From IMG/VR virus record IMGVR_UViG_3300044720_000021, positions 2,896-66,895 of that record: DNA of 64,000 nt, one strand, 5' to 3'. Of this stretch, positions 37,669-47,231 are shown one piece after another; the first letter of the stretch is position 1, and each line of letters opens with the position of its first letter. The notes under the pieces were generated by a model. It was not told the origin of the DNA, ran no database searches, and saw only the letters and a list, made by a program, of their open reading frames with translations. The stretch comes from a virus. Made by a program: the position numbers and the translations under genes.

Positions 37669-37691
37669 GCCAACTCTGAGGGGAGGTAGCG

Positions 37692-39749
37692 ATGGAAGCA
37701 GAATTCGAAGTCAATCCTGAAAAGCTGAAGGAGCTACAGGATTGGGCCAACTCCGAGCAAGGGCGCGGCGCGGCGGCTGTCGGGCTTTCCTTCGAGACGA
37801 CATGGTGCCCGAAACACCTTGAGCCCTACCGCGCAAACTGGCCCATGTGTGCCGCCGCTGCGATGGTGAAGCTGTTCGAGGCGTTTGTCGAGGACGAGCG
37901 GGCTATCAGCATGGCGGGGGGAGACTCGCTCAAGTTGAACGCAGTCATGATCGAATGCAGCCCAATCTGCTGCTTCATCTCTGAGGACGCGCTGAAAAGA
38001 GTCTACGAGGAAACGGGGGTCAGCAATGGATGAAAAGCAGATCGCGGCGCTGCGCTACATCGCTGGTGGTTCGCCTTGGAAGGAAAAGCTAGGAGCGGAG
38101 TCGATTGTCATTGAGTACGAGGAGGTTGCCAAGGCTGCGTTGCGAGGCGACTACAAGGAACCCGCGACTCCGGCGCAAGCGGAGGGTGCATGAGCAATCT
38201 CGACAGGGCAGCAATAAGGCGCGTCAATCGAGCGGTCGAGACAGCGAAGAAGGCTGCGACAGACCGGCAGTTACAAGACATTCATCTCAGACGTTTTCAT
38301 CGAGCGATGGATGACTTGGAATCGCGCGAGGAAGGCGAGGCGGTATACGACCAGTTGCGCAGTGAGGGCTGGTACGAGATGGCGGCGCGGGCGTTGTCGA
38401 AAGCCGGCCGGTCATGAATATCGAGGAGCAGTTCGAGCTCTCGTCACGGATCCGCGAGTTGATCCGCGTCACGTACAAGGCGGACGGCATCACGATCTCG
38501 AAGGCGCAGGAGATCCTTGGTGGCTACGCAGATGCCGACCATCTGATCCAGAAGATGTGGGACGACAAGATCCTTTTTCAGTCTGCGATGCGAGAGGACG
38601 AGGCGAAGTACGAGTTCACGTTCGAGGGACTTCAACAGGTTTTCAAGGTAGCGATCCCGGAAGCGCGCGACCACTACGGCGTCGAGGACGTGAACGAGGA
38701 TCAGCTACTCACTTTCGTTACGAGGCATTGGTAGAGGAGGTTTTCATGTTCGCAGGAATGTTCGATCCGAAGAACCACAGTGAAAAGGCGTGGGTGCTGC
38801 GAGGCATCGCAATCGCTTGGGTGGGCTATCTGATCTGGACTCTCGCATGAACGGTCATCAGGAATCCGGCCGGATTCTCGCGGAGAGGCTGGAACTGGAT
38901 ACTGACAATCCAGACATCGAGTTTTCGTTCAACGGAAAGCTAGGCGCTCTGCTCGACGCAGCCCAACGACTTGCGTTCAAGGGGACGCAGGCAACGCACA
39001 TGCCCAAGACAGGTGAAAATACCGAACGGGGCACGGTGATCTTCGGAGGGACGACGGATGCTGCCACGACGCCGGACGGAGCTCCGTACCACGCGTCTCT
39101 CGAATTCCCGGCCTATCTTTGGCAGGTGCTTGACCGGCCCGAGGAGATCGAAGTGTTCTTCCGCGTCAGGAAGCCGGCATGAGCGTCCACGATGACAAGC
39201 CGGTGCGTTACATGGAGGAACTAATCAGGCCCAAGTTCATCGGAGGGGAATTTCATACAAACGAACTGTTCGAGCAATGCCCTGCGATCGTTCTGGCCGA
39301 AGCTGTGATTGCGGGCGGCAACATCGCCTTCGACATGCATCACACGGCCGAATACACACCACACGGTCAGGCGGTCGAGAACTTCTGGGTGCCGACAAAC
39401 TTCAGGGTGGTGAAGCCGCGATGAAAATAACAGACAGGCTGCTCGACATGGGGTGGCACGACGATGACATATGGTGGGTGATCGGCTTCTTTGTCGCGGT
39501 CATTTTGCTTGTCATCGTCGCTATCGGGCTCGTGTCGGTGTACTTGTGAAAACCACGGAGTCGGTCAAAGGTGAAATTACCGAGGTCAAGTGGAATCACG
39601 AAGCGCAAGGTACGAACAAGCACACGGCATTCGTTCACGTCAAAACCGACTCAGGAGCTCGACTGACAATCGAAGTAGAGCGGAGTCGCAACATGGACGA
39701 GTGGAAGGTGTCGGTGCGTCGTCAGTTCGAGGTCAGGGTGCGGCGCTGA
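37692..39749 (+). CDS. Run of small hypothetical genes (37692-38033, 38190-38417, 38414-38734, 38847-39182, 39179-39424, 39421-39549 TM, 39546-39749)
   Basis: RBSs, ATGA/GTGA coupling, GC3-rich codons. Confidence 0.5.
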
Positions 39750-39873
39750 ACTTCATGGAGAACGCGATCTTTCGAATGCTCGTTCACTTCGTCATGCTTG
39801 ACGGGGTTGACGAGGAGAAGTAGGCTCGCGCAGCGCCGAAATCGTTCGACGCGTCTACCATTGGAGGAAAAGC

Positions 39874-40146
39874 ATGAAAAGACTAATCCTCGTTCCGCTT
39901 CTGGCGCTCACGTTTTTCATCGGGCTTGCGGTTGGCCCCGGTGACTCAGTAGCGGACTCGTGCGCTGCCGGCTTCGTGCAAGACGCAGCGGCGTGCGGCA
40001 GCACTGGCCCTACCAACGTGCATCTCTACGACTACAACTGTAGCCAGCGTTGGGAGCCGCCGGTCACGTTGCAGGGTCAGACTTCGACCTACGCAATGTG
40101 GTGCAACAACAATCACATCGGGCTGCACCAGCACAACAACATGTGA
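39874..40146 (+). CDS. Small secreted protein with four Cys
   Basis: GGAGG RBS; signal peptide MKRLILVPLLALTFFIGLAVG. Confidence 0.65.
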   Translation: MKRLILVPLLALTFFIGLAVGPGDSVADSCAAGFVQDAAACGSTGPTNVHLYDYNCSQRWEPPVTLQGQTSTYAMWCNNNHIGLHQHNNM

Positions 40147-40234
40147 TCTTGCAATTCGTCGTCTGACGAAGTATGCTTCCCTTCGGTGCGCCGGTTTCCC
40201 CCGGTTCATCCCCAATAGCACGCGAGGCCCGCTC

Positions 40235-40263
40235 TTGACGGCGGGCCTTCGTGTCTCTAGGAT
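40235..40263 (+). promoter_or_regulatory. SigA-type promoter with its -35 in the loop of a terminator-like hairpin
   Basis: TTGACG-17 nt-TAGGAT inside GAGGCCCGC / GCGGGCCTT stem. Confidence 0.65.
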
Positions 40264-40426
40264 CTGATTCTCACGAGTCGGCGTCGTGCTCCTAGGCTTC
40301 AGGAGTTCAACGGCCGGCTCAAGTTGGAGCCACAGGCGGCGGATCTCTCACAGATCCCAGGAGATCCGTCGCCTGACAATCTAAGGAGGGAGCCCAAGTG
40401 GCTGAGAACTCAGAATTGATGAAAAG

Positions 40427-40549
40427 ATGATTGCCTGGGTGGAAGTCCTAGCATGGCCGGTGGCTGTCATTATCGCGTCTGCGAATCTGCGGCGTGCGAT
40501 CGGCGCGCTCGCGCTTGTGTGGTTCGAGAAAGTGAAGTCGGGTGCGTAA
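40427..40549 (+). CDS. 40-aa hydrophobic peptide coupled to a 10-codon leader ORF (40398-40430)
   Basis: AAGGAGGGAG RBS before leader GTG; ATGA overlap; MIAWVEVLAWPVAVIIASANLRR. Confidence 0.45.
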   Translation: MIAWVEVLAWPVAVIIASANLRRAIGALALVWFEKVKSGA

Positions 40550-41099
40550 GGGCTCACACCCGATCGCGCAGTTCGATGGCGAGGCTGCGTTCCTCTCGAA
40601 CTTCTGGCCCTGGAACGGGAAGGTCTACGTTGCAGATCATCCGGTCACGTACAACGGCGTTCACTACAAGACGGCTGAACATGCTTTTCAGTCAGCCAAG
40701 ACGCGGTTCCCATCTCAGAAGCGCATGATCGCCGCTGCGTTGACTCCGGGGCAGGCCAAGCGGTATGGCCGGCGAGTCGATCTCCGTGAGGATTGGGAGG
40801 ACGTGAAAGTCTCTGTGATGCGGACAGTGCTTCGCTCGAAGTTCGAAGTCCTCGCTCTCCACGAGAAGCTGCTCGCGACCGGCGACCGCTTGCTGATCGA
40901 GGGCAACAGTTGGGGTGATGCATTTTGGGGTGCTGTCTCGATGTCTCAAATGCCGATGACCAGCGAGCTTGCTGACGTGACGATGTGGAAGCTGCCGCCA
41001 GGGCCGAATAGCAACTTGTTCGGTGAAAATCATTTGGGCAAGTTGCTCATGGAGCTCAGAGAGGAACTGCGTGCCGAAGCCAGTCACCCCCATCGTTGA
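40542..41099 (+). CDS. NADAR-family protein
   Basis: FLSNFWP..YKTAEHAFQSAK..AKRYGR..DWEDVKVSVM..LLATGDRLLIEGNSWGDAFWG..NHLGKLLMELR. Confidence 0.9.
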   Translation: MRKGSHPIAQFDGEAAFLSNFWPWNGKVYVADHPVTYNGVHYKTAEHAFQSAKTRFPSQKRMIAAALTPGQAKRYGRRVDLREDWEDVKVSVMRTVLRSKFEVLALHEKLLATGDRLLIEGNSWGDAFWGAVSMSQMPMTSELADVTMWKLPPGPNSNLFGENHLGKLLMELREELRAEASHPHR

Positions 41100-41392
41100 G
41101 AGATTCGAGAAGCTGAAAATAACTTGCCCTGCGTGTCAGTTCACCGTGGTTCGCAAGCTGACGGAGAAATTGCCGGCGTCATGCCAGCGATGCGAGGTTC
41201 CGTTCGAGAGAGGAGACTGAAATGAAAAATTGGATCGAGATGTATCTGTTTGCCATGCTTTTCATGATCTACTACCGCGCATCTAGGCCCGGTAGCTACC
41301 CGACGCAGGACGGAGCCATTGCCCTGATCGTCGGGCTCGTGCTTGCGTTCCTCGGCCTCGTCTACATGTGGGGCGATCTTGTCCGTTCCTAA
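41071..41392 (+). CDS. Zinc-ribbon protein (41071-41220) and 2-TM protein (41222-41392)
   Basis: CPAC..CQRC; two hydrophobic segments. Confidence 0.5.
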
Positions 41393-41837
41393 TCTCCTCA
41401 CCCGGTCGGTCGCAATCTCGCTGATCCTGAAGGAGCGCGAGCGGCAGGAGGATCTGAAAGCCGAAGGGCGCTTTCGGTTCACGCTCTACGATGATCCAGG
41501 GCTCAGCGAAGATGAAAAGCTGTTAGGGATCCTCGAAGAAGTCGCGGAAGTCGGCAAGAACCTCTTGGCCCGTCGTGGGCTTGTCACAGATGGCGACACA
41601 ACCGACGCGGCGCTCTTGAAAGAGATTGTTCAAATCGCGGCTCTTTCTCTTGCTTGGATCGAGCGCATGGCCGAGGACGCAGGCATGGAGGAGACGACGA
41701 GTGAGACTTTTCAGTCTACCGTGTTGCTCGATGAAATTAATCTGATGCGTCGAGTCATGCAAAATGCTGGCTATTGGGATCGGTTCATCGCTGACTACAC
41801 CGCCTACAAGTACGACAGGGTAGTGCGCAATGGGTGA
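41343..41837 (+). CDS. MazG-like nucleotide pyrophosphohydrolase (start uncertain)
   Basis: ERERQ..LGILEEVAEVGK..LLKEIVQIAALSLAWIE. Confidence 0.65.
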   Translation: MRSSASSTCGAILSVPNLLTRSVAISLILKERERQEDLKAEGRFRFTLYDDPGLSEDEKLLGILEEVAEVGKNLLARRGLVTDGDTTDAALLKEIVQIAALSLAWIERMAEDAGMEETTSETFQSTVLLDEINLMRRVMQNAGYWDRFIADYTAYKYDRVVRNG

Positions 41838-42228
41838 AAACCCTGAAGCTGAAGGCGGACGACAGAGGATTTTCGAAGGAGAAGCGGTGTGGGTTATCCT
41901 GCCCGGAGATCCGCTGCCTACGGTCGAGCCTCTTGGCACGGCTGACCCATCAGTCCCTTGCTATGGGATTACTCCGACGAAGATTTTTGCTTTTCATCCC
42001 CAGACGTTCTGGCGTCGAGCTTCACAGGTGGACGAATGGATGCGGAGGTCGCAGGCTATCTTGCGGTTGATGATCGCGCAGCGAGTCGGGCTTGACAATC
42101 ACATTCGAGAGCTTCTACCCAAGGCGCAGCGATACGATGAAATCATGGAGGCGGTCGAAAATGATTCGCTCGCCCGAGACGGCCTTGAGATGATCGAGGC
42201 AGGAGAGAGGAGACTGAAAAATGGATGA
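41830..42228 (+). CDS. Hypothetical protein
   Basis: Coupled junctions. Confidence 0.5.
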   Translation: MGENPEAEGGRQRIFEGEAVWVILPGDPLPTVEPLGTADPSVPCYGITPTKIFAFHPQTFWRRASQVDEWMRRSQAILRLMIAQRVGLDNHIRELLPKAQRYDEIMEAVENDSLARDGLEMIEAGERRLKNG

Positions 42229-42880
42229 CGCGCAAGATGCAGTGATCAGTGACATCGAGATTCCGTATCCGCTCATGAAAGGTAACGCGAGAATGGCTCT
42301 GGGGGCGGGCTATTTCGAGGTTCCGCTTTTCACTCCGTTGACACGATTCCTGTGGACGGGCTGCTCGCCGGCTGAATTCCCGAACGAGATGGAGGAGTTC
42401 GACTACGATCCGATGAAGGTCTACTTCTCTGGCCCGTTCAAAGAACCTATCGAGTGCAAGTGGCTCTGGCAGTCGAAGTCGTCAAGCGAAGCGGCGGCTG
42501 AAAATGATTGGGAGGAGCCCCCGCCGTTCTTCGATTCGATCCTCAATCTCTACCCTTGGGGCAAGTATGTGGTGCCCGAAGGCGTCGAGTACCGCGAGGT
42601 CGAGCTATACGACTCGGCTGACGAGCCCGACGTGGAACAGATCGAGGAGTTGGCCGCGTGGGTGATCTCTCGCCGGGGCGAAGGGCAGACAGGACGCGTG
42701 CTTGTGCATTGTCAGGCGGGGCTCAATCGCTCGGCGCTCGTGGCGGCGCGGGCGTTGATGGTTGCCAAGGGAATGACAGCGGACGACGCAATCGGACTGA
42801 TCCGTGAAAAGCGCAGCCCCACTTGCCTATGCAATCCCACCTTCGAGCGGTTTCTGAGGAAGTTCGATGCCAAGTCCTGA
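42221..42880 (+). CDS. Dual-specificity/tyrosine phosphatase
   Basis: LYDSAD acid loop; VLVHCQAGLNRS (CX5R); NPTFERFL. Confidence 0.85.
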   Translation: MDDAQDAVISDIEIPYPLMKGNARMALGAGYFEVPLFTPLTRFLWTGCSPAEFPNEMEEFDYDPMKVYFSGPFKEPIECKWLWQSKSSSEAAAENDWEEPPPFFDSILNLYPWGKYVVPEGVEYREVELYDSADEPDVEQIEELAAWVISRRGEGQTGRVLVHCQAGLNRSALVAARALMVAKGMTADDAIGLIREKRSPTCLCNPTFERFLRKFDAKS

Positions 42881-43271
42881 AAAGCCCCCGTGCGTGCTAT
42901 GCACCAAACCGATCTATGCGGGGAAGCCGCACGAGACGAGTATCGGCTTGATGTGCCCTGACTCGACGGGTTGCCGGCGTCGGGCCTACGATCTGCTCCA
43001 CCCCCCTCTGCGCAACCGTGAGGGAGATCAGCCACTTCCGGTCATCAACGATGAAAAGTCGATTCAGGATCGGGTGATCGAGGACATCTTGGCGCGGAAG
43101 GAACTCGGCATCAAACGGTACGGGACGGCGCTTCAGCCGTTCAATGGCCGGGATCCTTTGCAAGACCTGTACGACGAACTGATCGATGCAACGCAGTACG
43201 TGAAGCAGGAACTTGTCGAACGCGATGAAAAAGGGGGTTCTAATGCCACAGAGGAGAGTAGTGCTAGGTGA
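42867..43271 (+). CDS. All-alpha NTP-pyrophosphatase-like protein with N-terminal zinc finger
   Basis: RKELGIKRYGT..DLYDELIDATQY. Confidence 0.55.
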   Translation: MPSPEKPPCVLCTKPIYAGKPHETSIGLMCPDSTGCRRRAYDLLHPPLRNREGDQPLPVINDEKSIQDRVIEDILARKELGIKRYGTALQPFNGRDPLQDLYDELIDATQYVKQELVERDEKGGSNATEESSAR

Positions 43272-43581
43272 TGATCGGGGTGGGGTTGCTTATGCAGAGC
43301 TCGGCCCGGTCAAGGTGCCGAGGCGCAGCGACGGCCGCATTATCCAGCCCACAGGCGACCGGAGGCACATCACCGGGATCCGCGAGGGTCGGATCAGCTT
43401 CGAGTCTTTCAGTCGGGCGAATCGGGAGAAAATCCCGGTCGATCATGACGTGGAGACTGTCGTTGCAGTGAAGTCGGCAAAAGCCGAGGTCGTGCCTGTC
43501 AAGGTCAAGGTCACTGATGAAAAGCCTGTGTCTACGGCCAAGGCTCGCAAGAGACAAGTGACGAAGAAGAAGTCGGTCTAG
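43213..43581 (+). CDS. Basic hypothetical protein (start uncertain)
   Basis: Fills gap; Lys/Arg tail. Confidence 0.45.
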   Translation: MSNAMKKGVLMPQRRVVLGDDRGGVAYAELGPVKVPRRSDGRIIQPTGDRRHITGIREGRISFESFSRANREKIPVDHDVETVVAVKSAKAEVVPVKVKVTDEKPVSTAKARKRQVTKKKSV

Positions 43582-44072
43582 TGGCTTCGCGGCAGAAGCA
43601 TCCCGGCTTTACCAACGCTGAGTTCAAACGGCTCGGGGAATATTTTCGGTGGGCAGCCGATCAGATGGGGCTCCGCGATTGGTACATCGATCTGATGTAT
43701 CGACCGCCAGAGGAGAAGGACGGCACCCCGGACACGAACGCGGCTGCTCGTGTCGAGATCCCGTGGGGGAAGCGATATGTGCAGGTTTTCATCTGCGCCG
43801 AATTCATGGAGTATCGGCCTGAACGGCAGAGGCAGTTCGTCGTGCATGAACTTCTGCATTGCCACTTCGATCATCTCGATTCGCTCACTCAGAACGAACT
43901 GCGTGACCATGTAGGTGAGATCTACTGGCAGGCGTGGCATCCTGGGTTTTGGCTCATGTTCGAGAACACCATCGATGCAATCGCAAACGCGTGGGCTGAA
44001 AAGCTACCTGTGATCTCGTGGCCGAAGCCGCCTCCGAAGGCAGCGCCTAGGCGGAAGGGTAAGCGGGGTTAG
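43581..44072 (+). CDS. HExxH zinc metallopeptidase-like protein
   Basis: VVHELLHCHF. Confidence 0.65.
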   Translation: MASRQKHPGFTNAEFKRLGEYFRWAADQMGLRDWYIDLMYRPPEEKDGTPDTNAAARVEIPWGKRYVQVFICAEFMEYRPERQRQFVVHELLHCHFDHLDSLTQNELRDHVGEIYWQAWHPGFWLMFENTIDAIANAWAEKLPVISWPKPPPKAAPRRKGKRG

Positions 44073-44779
44073 TGCCGTCGAATCGACTGCCGGCCAGATT
44101 CACCACTCCACTCCCTCTCCCGCCGAAGGAGGAGATGGAAAGGCTCTATCTCAGTGAAAATCTGAGCATGGGGAAATTGGCCAAACACTACGGCGTTGGC
44201 ATCGGCACGATTCACAGGTGGATCCATCAGCTTGAAATTCCGGCTCGGCCAAAAGCGACCAACGCCATCGTTGCTGTCAAGCGAGGTCGGAAGATGCGGT
44301 TGTGCAAGGGAGTCCTCCACCCCGAGGGAGAGTGGGTGAAGGAGTCCAATTTTCATCACTACCGAAAGGTGGGTCGGAAGAACAAGGTCATCCGGCTCAC
44401 CTGCCTCGACTGTGACGAGATGGCCGGACGCCGCCATTCTGTTGCCTACAGTCCGATCTACCAGGGGTGGGTGAAAAGCATCATCAATCGCCTCGGTGTG
44501 ATGGAAGCTGCTCGGCGGATTGGCATTCACGATCACACACTGCGCCGCTGGCGAGCCTCTGACAAGCCGAAGCATCTTTGGAGGCCGCACGCAAAGGCCA
44601 TCGTCAGGGTGATGGGAGAGCTCCGGGTGACTGGTGAGGTTCGTCATCGGGACTCGATCCATTACGGAGCCACTGCGCGAGGCGGGGATGAAAAGGCGGT
44701 ACAGCGATCGGCCGATCTCTACCGCCGTCACGGCGACCACGACACTGAAGTTCGTCGTCGGCATCGTTTGACAAGCTGA
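44072..44779 (+). CDS. Regulator candidate with two HTH motifs flanking a Cys/His region
   Basis: LSMGKLAKHYGVGIGTIHRWI; GVMEAARRIGIHDHTLRRWR. Confidence 0.65.
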   Translation: MPSNRLPARFTTPLPLPPKEEMERLYLSENLSMGKLAKHYGVGIGTIHRWIHQLEIPARPKATNAIVAVKRGRKMRLCKGVLHPEGEWVKESNFHHYRKVGRKNKVIRLTCLDCDEMAGRRHSVAYSPIYQGWVKSIINRLGVMEAARRIGIHDHTLRRWRASDKPKHLWRPHAKAIVRVMGELRVTGEVRHRDSIHYGATARGGDEKAVQRSADLYRRHGDHDTEVRRRHRLTS

Positions 44780-44837
44780 TCGAGGGGACATACCCTCGAT
44801 TCGCTGCCGCCTTTCGAGGACGCGGCGTTTCGGGTAC

Positions 44838-44877
44838 AGGCCCGGTGGGTTCCTCCTCTCCCCACCGGGCCTTTTTG
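44838..44877 (+). terminator. Intrinsic terminator before the packaging genes
   Basis: AGGCCCGGTGGG / CCCACCGGGCCT then TTTTG. Confidence 0.8.
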
Positions 44878-44944
44878 TTTGTCATGTAAGCCTCGCGTAC
44901 ACTGGTACACGCATTCATGAGCAGCGAATTGTCAGAGGCCGGGG

Positions 44945-46654
44945 TTGGCGCGTAAAGCGACGAAAATCCCAGGAAAAACTGTGATTTCATCGTCGCAACC
45001 GTCTGCGTTCTCTCAGCGAGCTCAGGCGAATGTCTACGCAGACGCTTGGGCGGCTCTCCTGAAGTTGAAAGTAGACGGACATGATTTCGACCTGAGAGGC
45101 CGGGAGTACCAAATCCCGATCATCAGGGACGAATCAGATTGGATTGTCATGCCCAAGGGGGCTCAGATGGGTTTGACGACCATCTTCCTCGTTCGCACTT
45201 TTCATTGGATTGTCAAGCGGCGCTGGCATGGGCTCTATCTGATGCCGCTGAAAACAGGAGCCATCCCGTTCGTCCAGGGCAGGATCGACCCAATCATCAA
45301 CTCGAACCCGGAGCTAGCGAGTCTGTTCAAGTCAGTGGACAACAGGCTTCACAAGCAGACGATCCACGACATCGCCCTGCGAATCCGAGGAACGAACATC
45401 TGGACGGAACTGCGCGAGATCCCGGCCGACTTCGCCGTCTTTGACGAGCGCGACAAGATGATCGAGGACAACATTCCCGAGGCGATGGCTCGACTCGACG
45501 GATCCAAGGTTAAAAGGATCACCGAGCTCTCGACGCCGACGCAGCCGGGACACGGTGTAGACGCAGAGGATGCATGGCACGCGAGCGATCAGCACAGATG
45601 GTTCGTTCCCTGTCCTCACTGCTCGCGCCGGCAGACCTTCATAGTCGATGAAAATATCTACATCGGTGACACGAAAGAGGAGTGCTACCTGCACTGCGCG
45701 CACTGCAAGAAGAAGATCAGTGACGACGATCGGGCTCTTGCCAACGCCTTCGGAACTTGGGAGCCTGACAATCCAAGCGGCTCGAAGCGTGGCTACCACA
45801 TCAACCAGCTTCACAGCCCGACGCAGACAATCTCCTCGTTCATGCACAACTACTTCCTCGGGCAGACTGACTCGCGGAAGCTGAGGGCGTGGTTCAACAA
45901 CAACCGAGGCGAGCCCTTCGTCGCCTTCGGTGATCAGATCACCCCGGAGCTATTGGACAAGTGCCGCAAGGCGGGTCTTGTGCTCGGCGGGATTCCACCC
46001 GGCCCTCTCTACATCGGGGTGGACGTAGGAAACGTCCTCCACGTCAGGGCCAACTATCTCGACCGTGCAGGCAACACGATAGCGTGGCAGTTCAAGATTT
46101 TCACGGACAAGAAGGGCCAGTCGATGTGGAAGCAGTTGGACGAGTGGTTCTACGGGCTCGGTTCTTTCACGGCTGTCATCGACGCTCACCCTGAAAAGAG
46201 TGAGGCCAAGACGCTCGCACTGAAGTACCACAAGCGAGTGTGGATCGGATTCGAGCAGGATCGGCCCAATCAGGCTGAGACGGCTCTTTTCAACAACCCT
46301 GGCCCTGGCGAGGTTGGCAAGGTCAACATCGACCGGACAGCCGCGTTCGACAACGTGATCCGGCGCGTCATCGATGGGCGTTTTCATCTGCCGCCCGATG
46401 CTCGTGAGATCGGTGAGCTCATGGCTCGGATGCCGTACAACGGCTACTACTACCACCTGAGCCAGCAGGTGCGTGACGAGGAGGAGGACGCGAACGGTCG
46501 CATCGTCGCTCGGTGGAAGAAGAACAGGAACCCCGATCACTGGCACCACGCAGAGATGTTCGCGGAGGTAGCCACGGCCAAGCCTCCCTACGTTTCAATC
46601 ACCCCCGAGATTGGTGAACTTTTCGCCAAGGCAGGAAACCTCGTTGCCGCGTAA
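44945..46654 (+). CDS. terL: Terminase large subunit (lambda GpA-like)
   Basis: PKGAQMGLTT Walker A variant; VFDERD; STPT; CPHC..CAHC; YIGVDVG nuclease. Confidence 0.9.
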   Translation: MARKATKIPGKTVISSSQPSAFSQRAQANVYADAWAALLKLKVDGHDFDLRGREYQIPIIRDESDWIVMPKGAQMGLTTIFLVRTFHWIVKRRWHGLYLMPLKTGAIPFVQGRIDPIINSNPELASLFKSVDNRLHKQTIHDIALRIRGTNIWTELREIPADFAVFDERDKMIEDNIPEAMARLDGSKVKRITELSTPTQPGHGVDAEDAWHASDQHRWFVPCPHCSRRQTFIVDENIYIGDTKEECYLHCAHCKKKISDDDRALANAFGTWEPDNPSGSKRGYHINQLHSPTQTISSFMHNYFLGQTDSRKLRAWFNNNRGEPFVAFGDQITPELLDKCRKAGLVLGGIPPGPLYIGVDVGNVLHVRANYLDRAGNTIAWQFKIFTDKKGQSMWKQLDEWFYGLGSFTAVIDAHPEKSEAKTLALKYHKRVWIGFEQDRPNQAETALFNNPGPGEVGKVNIDRTAAFDNVIRRVIDGRFHLPPDAREIGELMARMPYNGYYYHLSQQVRDEEEDANGRIVARWKKNRNPDHWHHAEMFAEVATAKPPYVSITPEIGELFAKAGNLVAA

Positions 46655-47231
46655 GCTAGACGATCCAATGGTTTTCATCGCACCCCGCAACAAGGCGGGT
46701 GCTTCTGTGTTGAGCCGGCGAAAATCCGCCAAGGTCACGAACCTCGATGACATCACGAAGGCAGAGTTGCAATTCGCTCGGGTCTACTCAGCAACGCTCA
46801 AGGCAACCGGGTGGTCGTGGCGGTACATCTCCGACACGGTGAATATCCAAGGCTCGCTTGTGAAGGCGTGGGCTGATGACCCCGAGTGGATCGCGATGGT
46901 CGAGAAGGTTGCCGGCGACATCGTGGAGGGATCCGTCGAGCACCTGAAGCGTCACTCCATCGACCTGACTGAAATGCTGCTTGAGCTCGCACGCAAGACC
47001 ACGGACGACGCAGTGAAGCTGCGAGCGATCGAGTCGGGTCTGGATCGTGTCGGAGTCACCAAGGTGAACAAGTCCGAGTCGATTGTCACCAAGAAGGATC
47101 AGCAGGAGCATTCGTTGGCCGCAGATCTGTTCGAGCGCATGGAGGGACTGCCGCTCGAAACACAGCAGAAGATCGCGGCGCTTGCAACTGAACTGGACGA
47201 GCTAGTCACGTCCGCGAGAGGAACAGAATGA
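46611..47231 (+). CDS. Terminase small subunit-like HTH protein (start uncertain)
   Basis: HTH-like GWSWRYISDTVNI..VKAW; KLRAIESGLDRVG. Confidence 0.45.
   Translation: MVNFSPRQETSLPRKLDDPMVFIAPRNKAGASVLSRRKSAKVTNLDDITKAELQFARVYSATLKATGWSWRYISDTVNIQGSLVKAWADDPEWIAMVEKVAGDIVEGSVEHLKRHSIDLTEMLLELARKTTDDAVKLRAIESGLDRVGVTKVNKSESIVTKKDQQEHSLAADLFERMEGLPLETQQKIAALATELDELVTSARGTE

Noticed and set aside
37534-37672. Canonical tRNA or tmRNA call
   Set aside because: No 7-nt anticodon loop or encoded CCA in register; too short for tmRNA and no tag frame; kept as a tRNA-like finding
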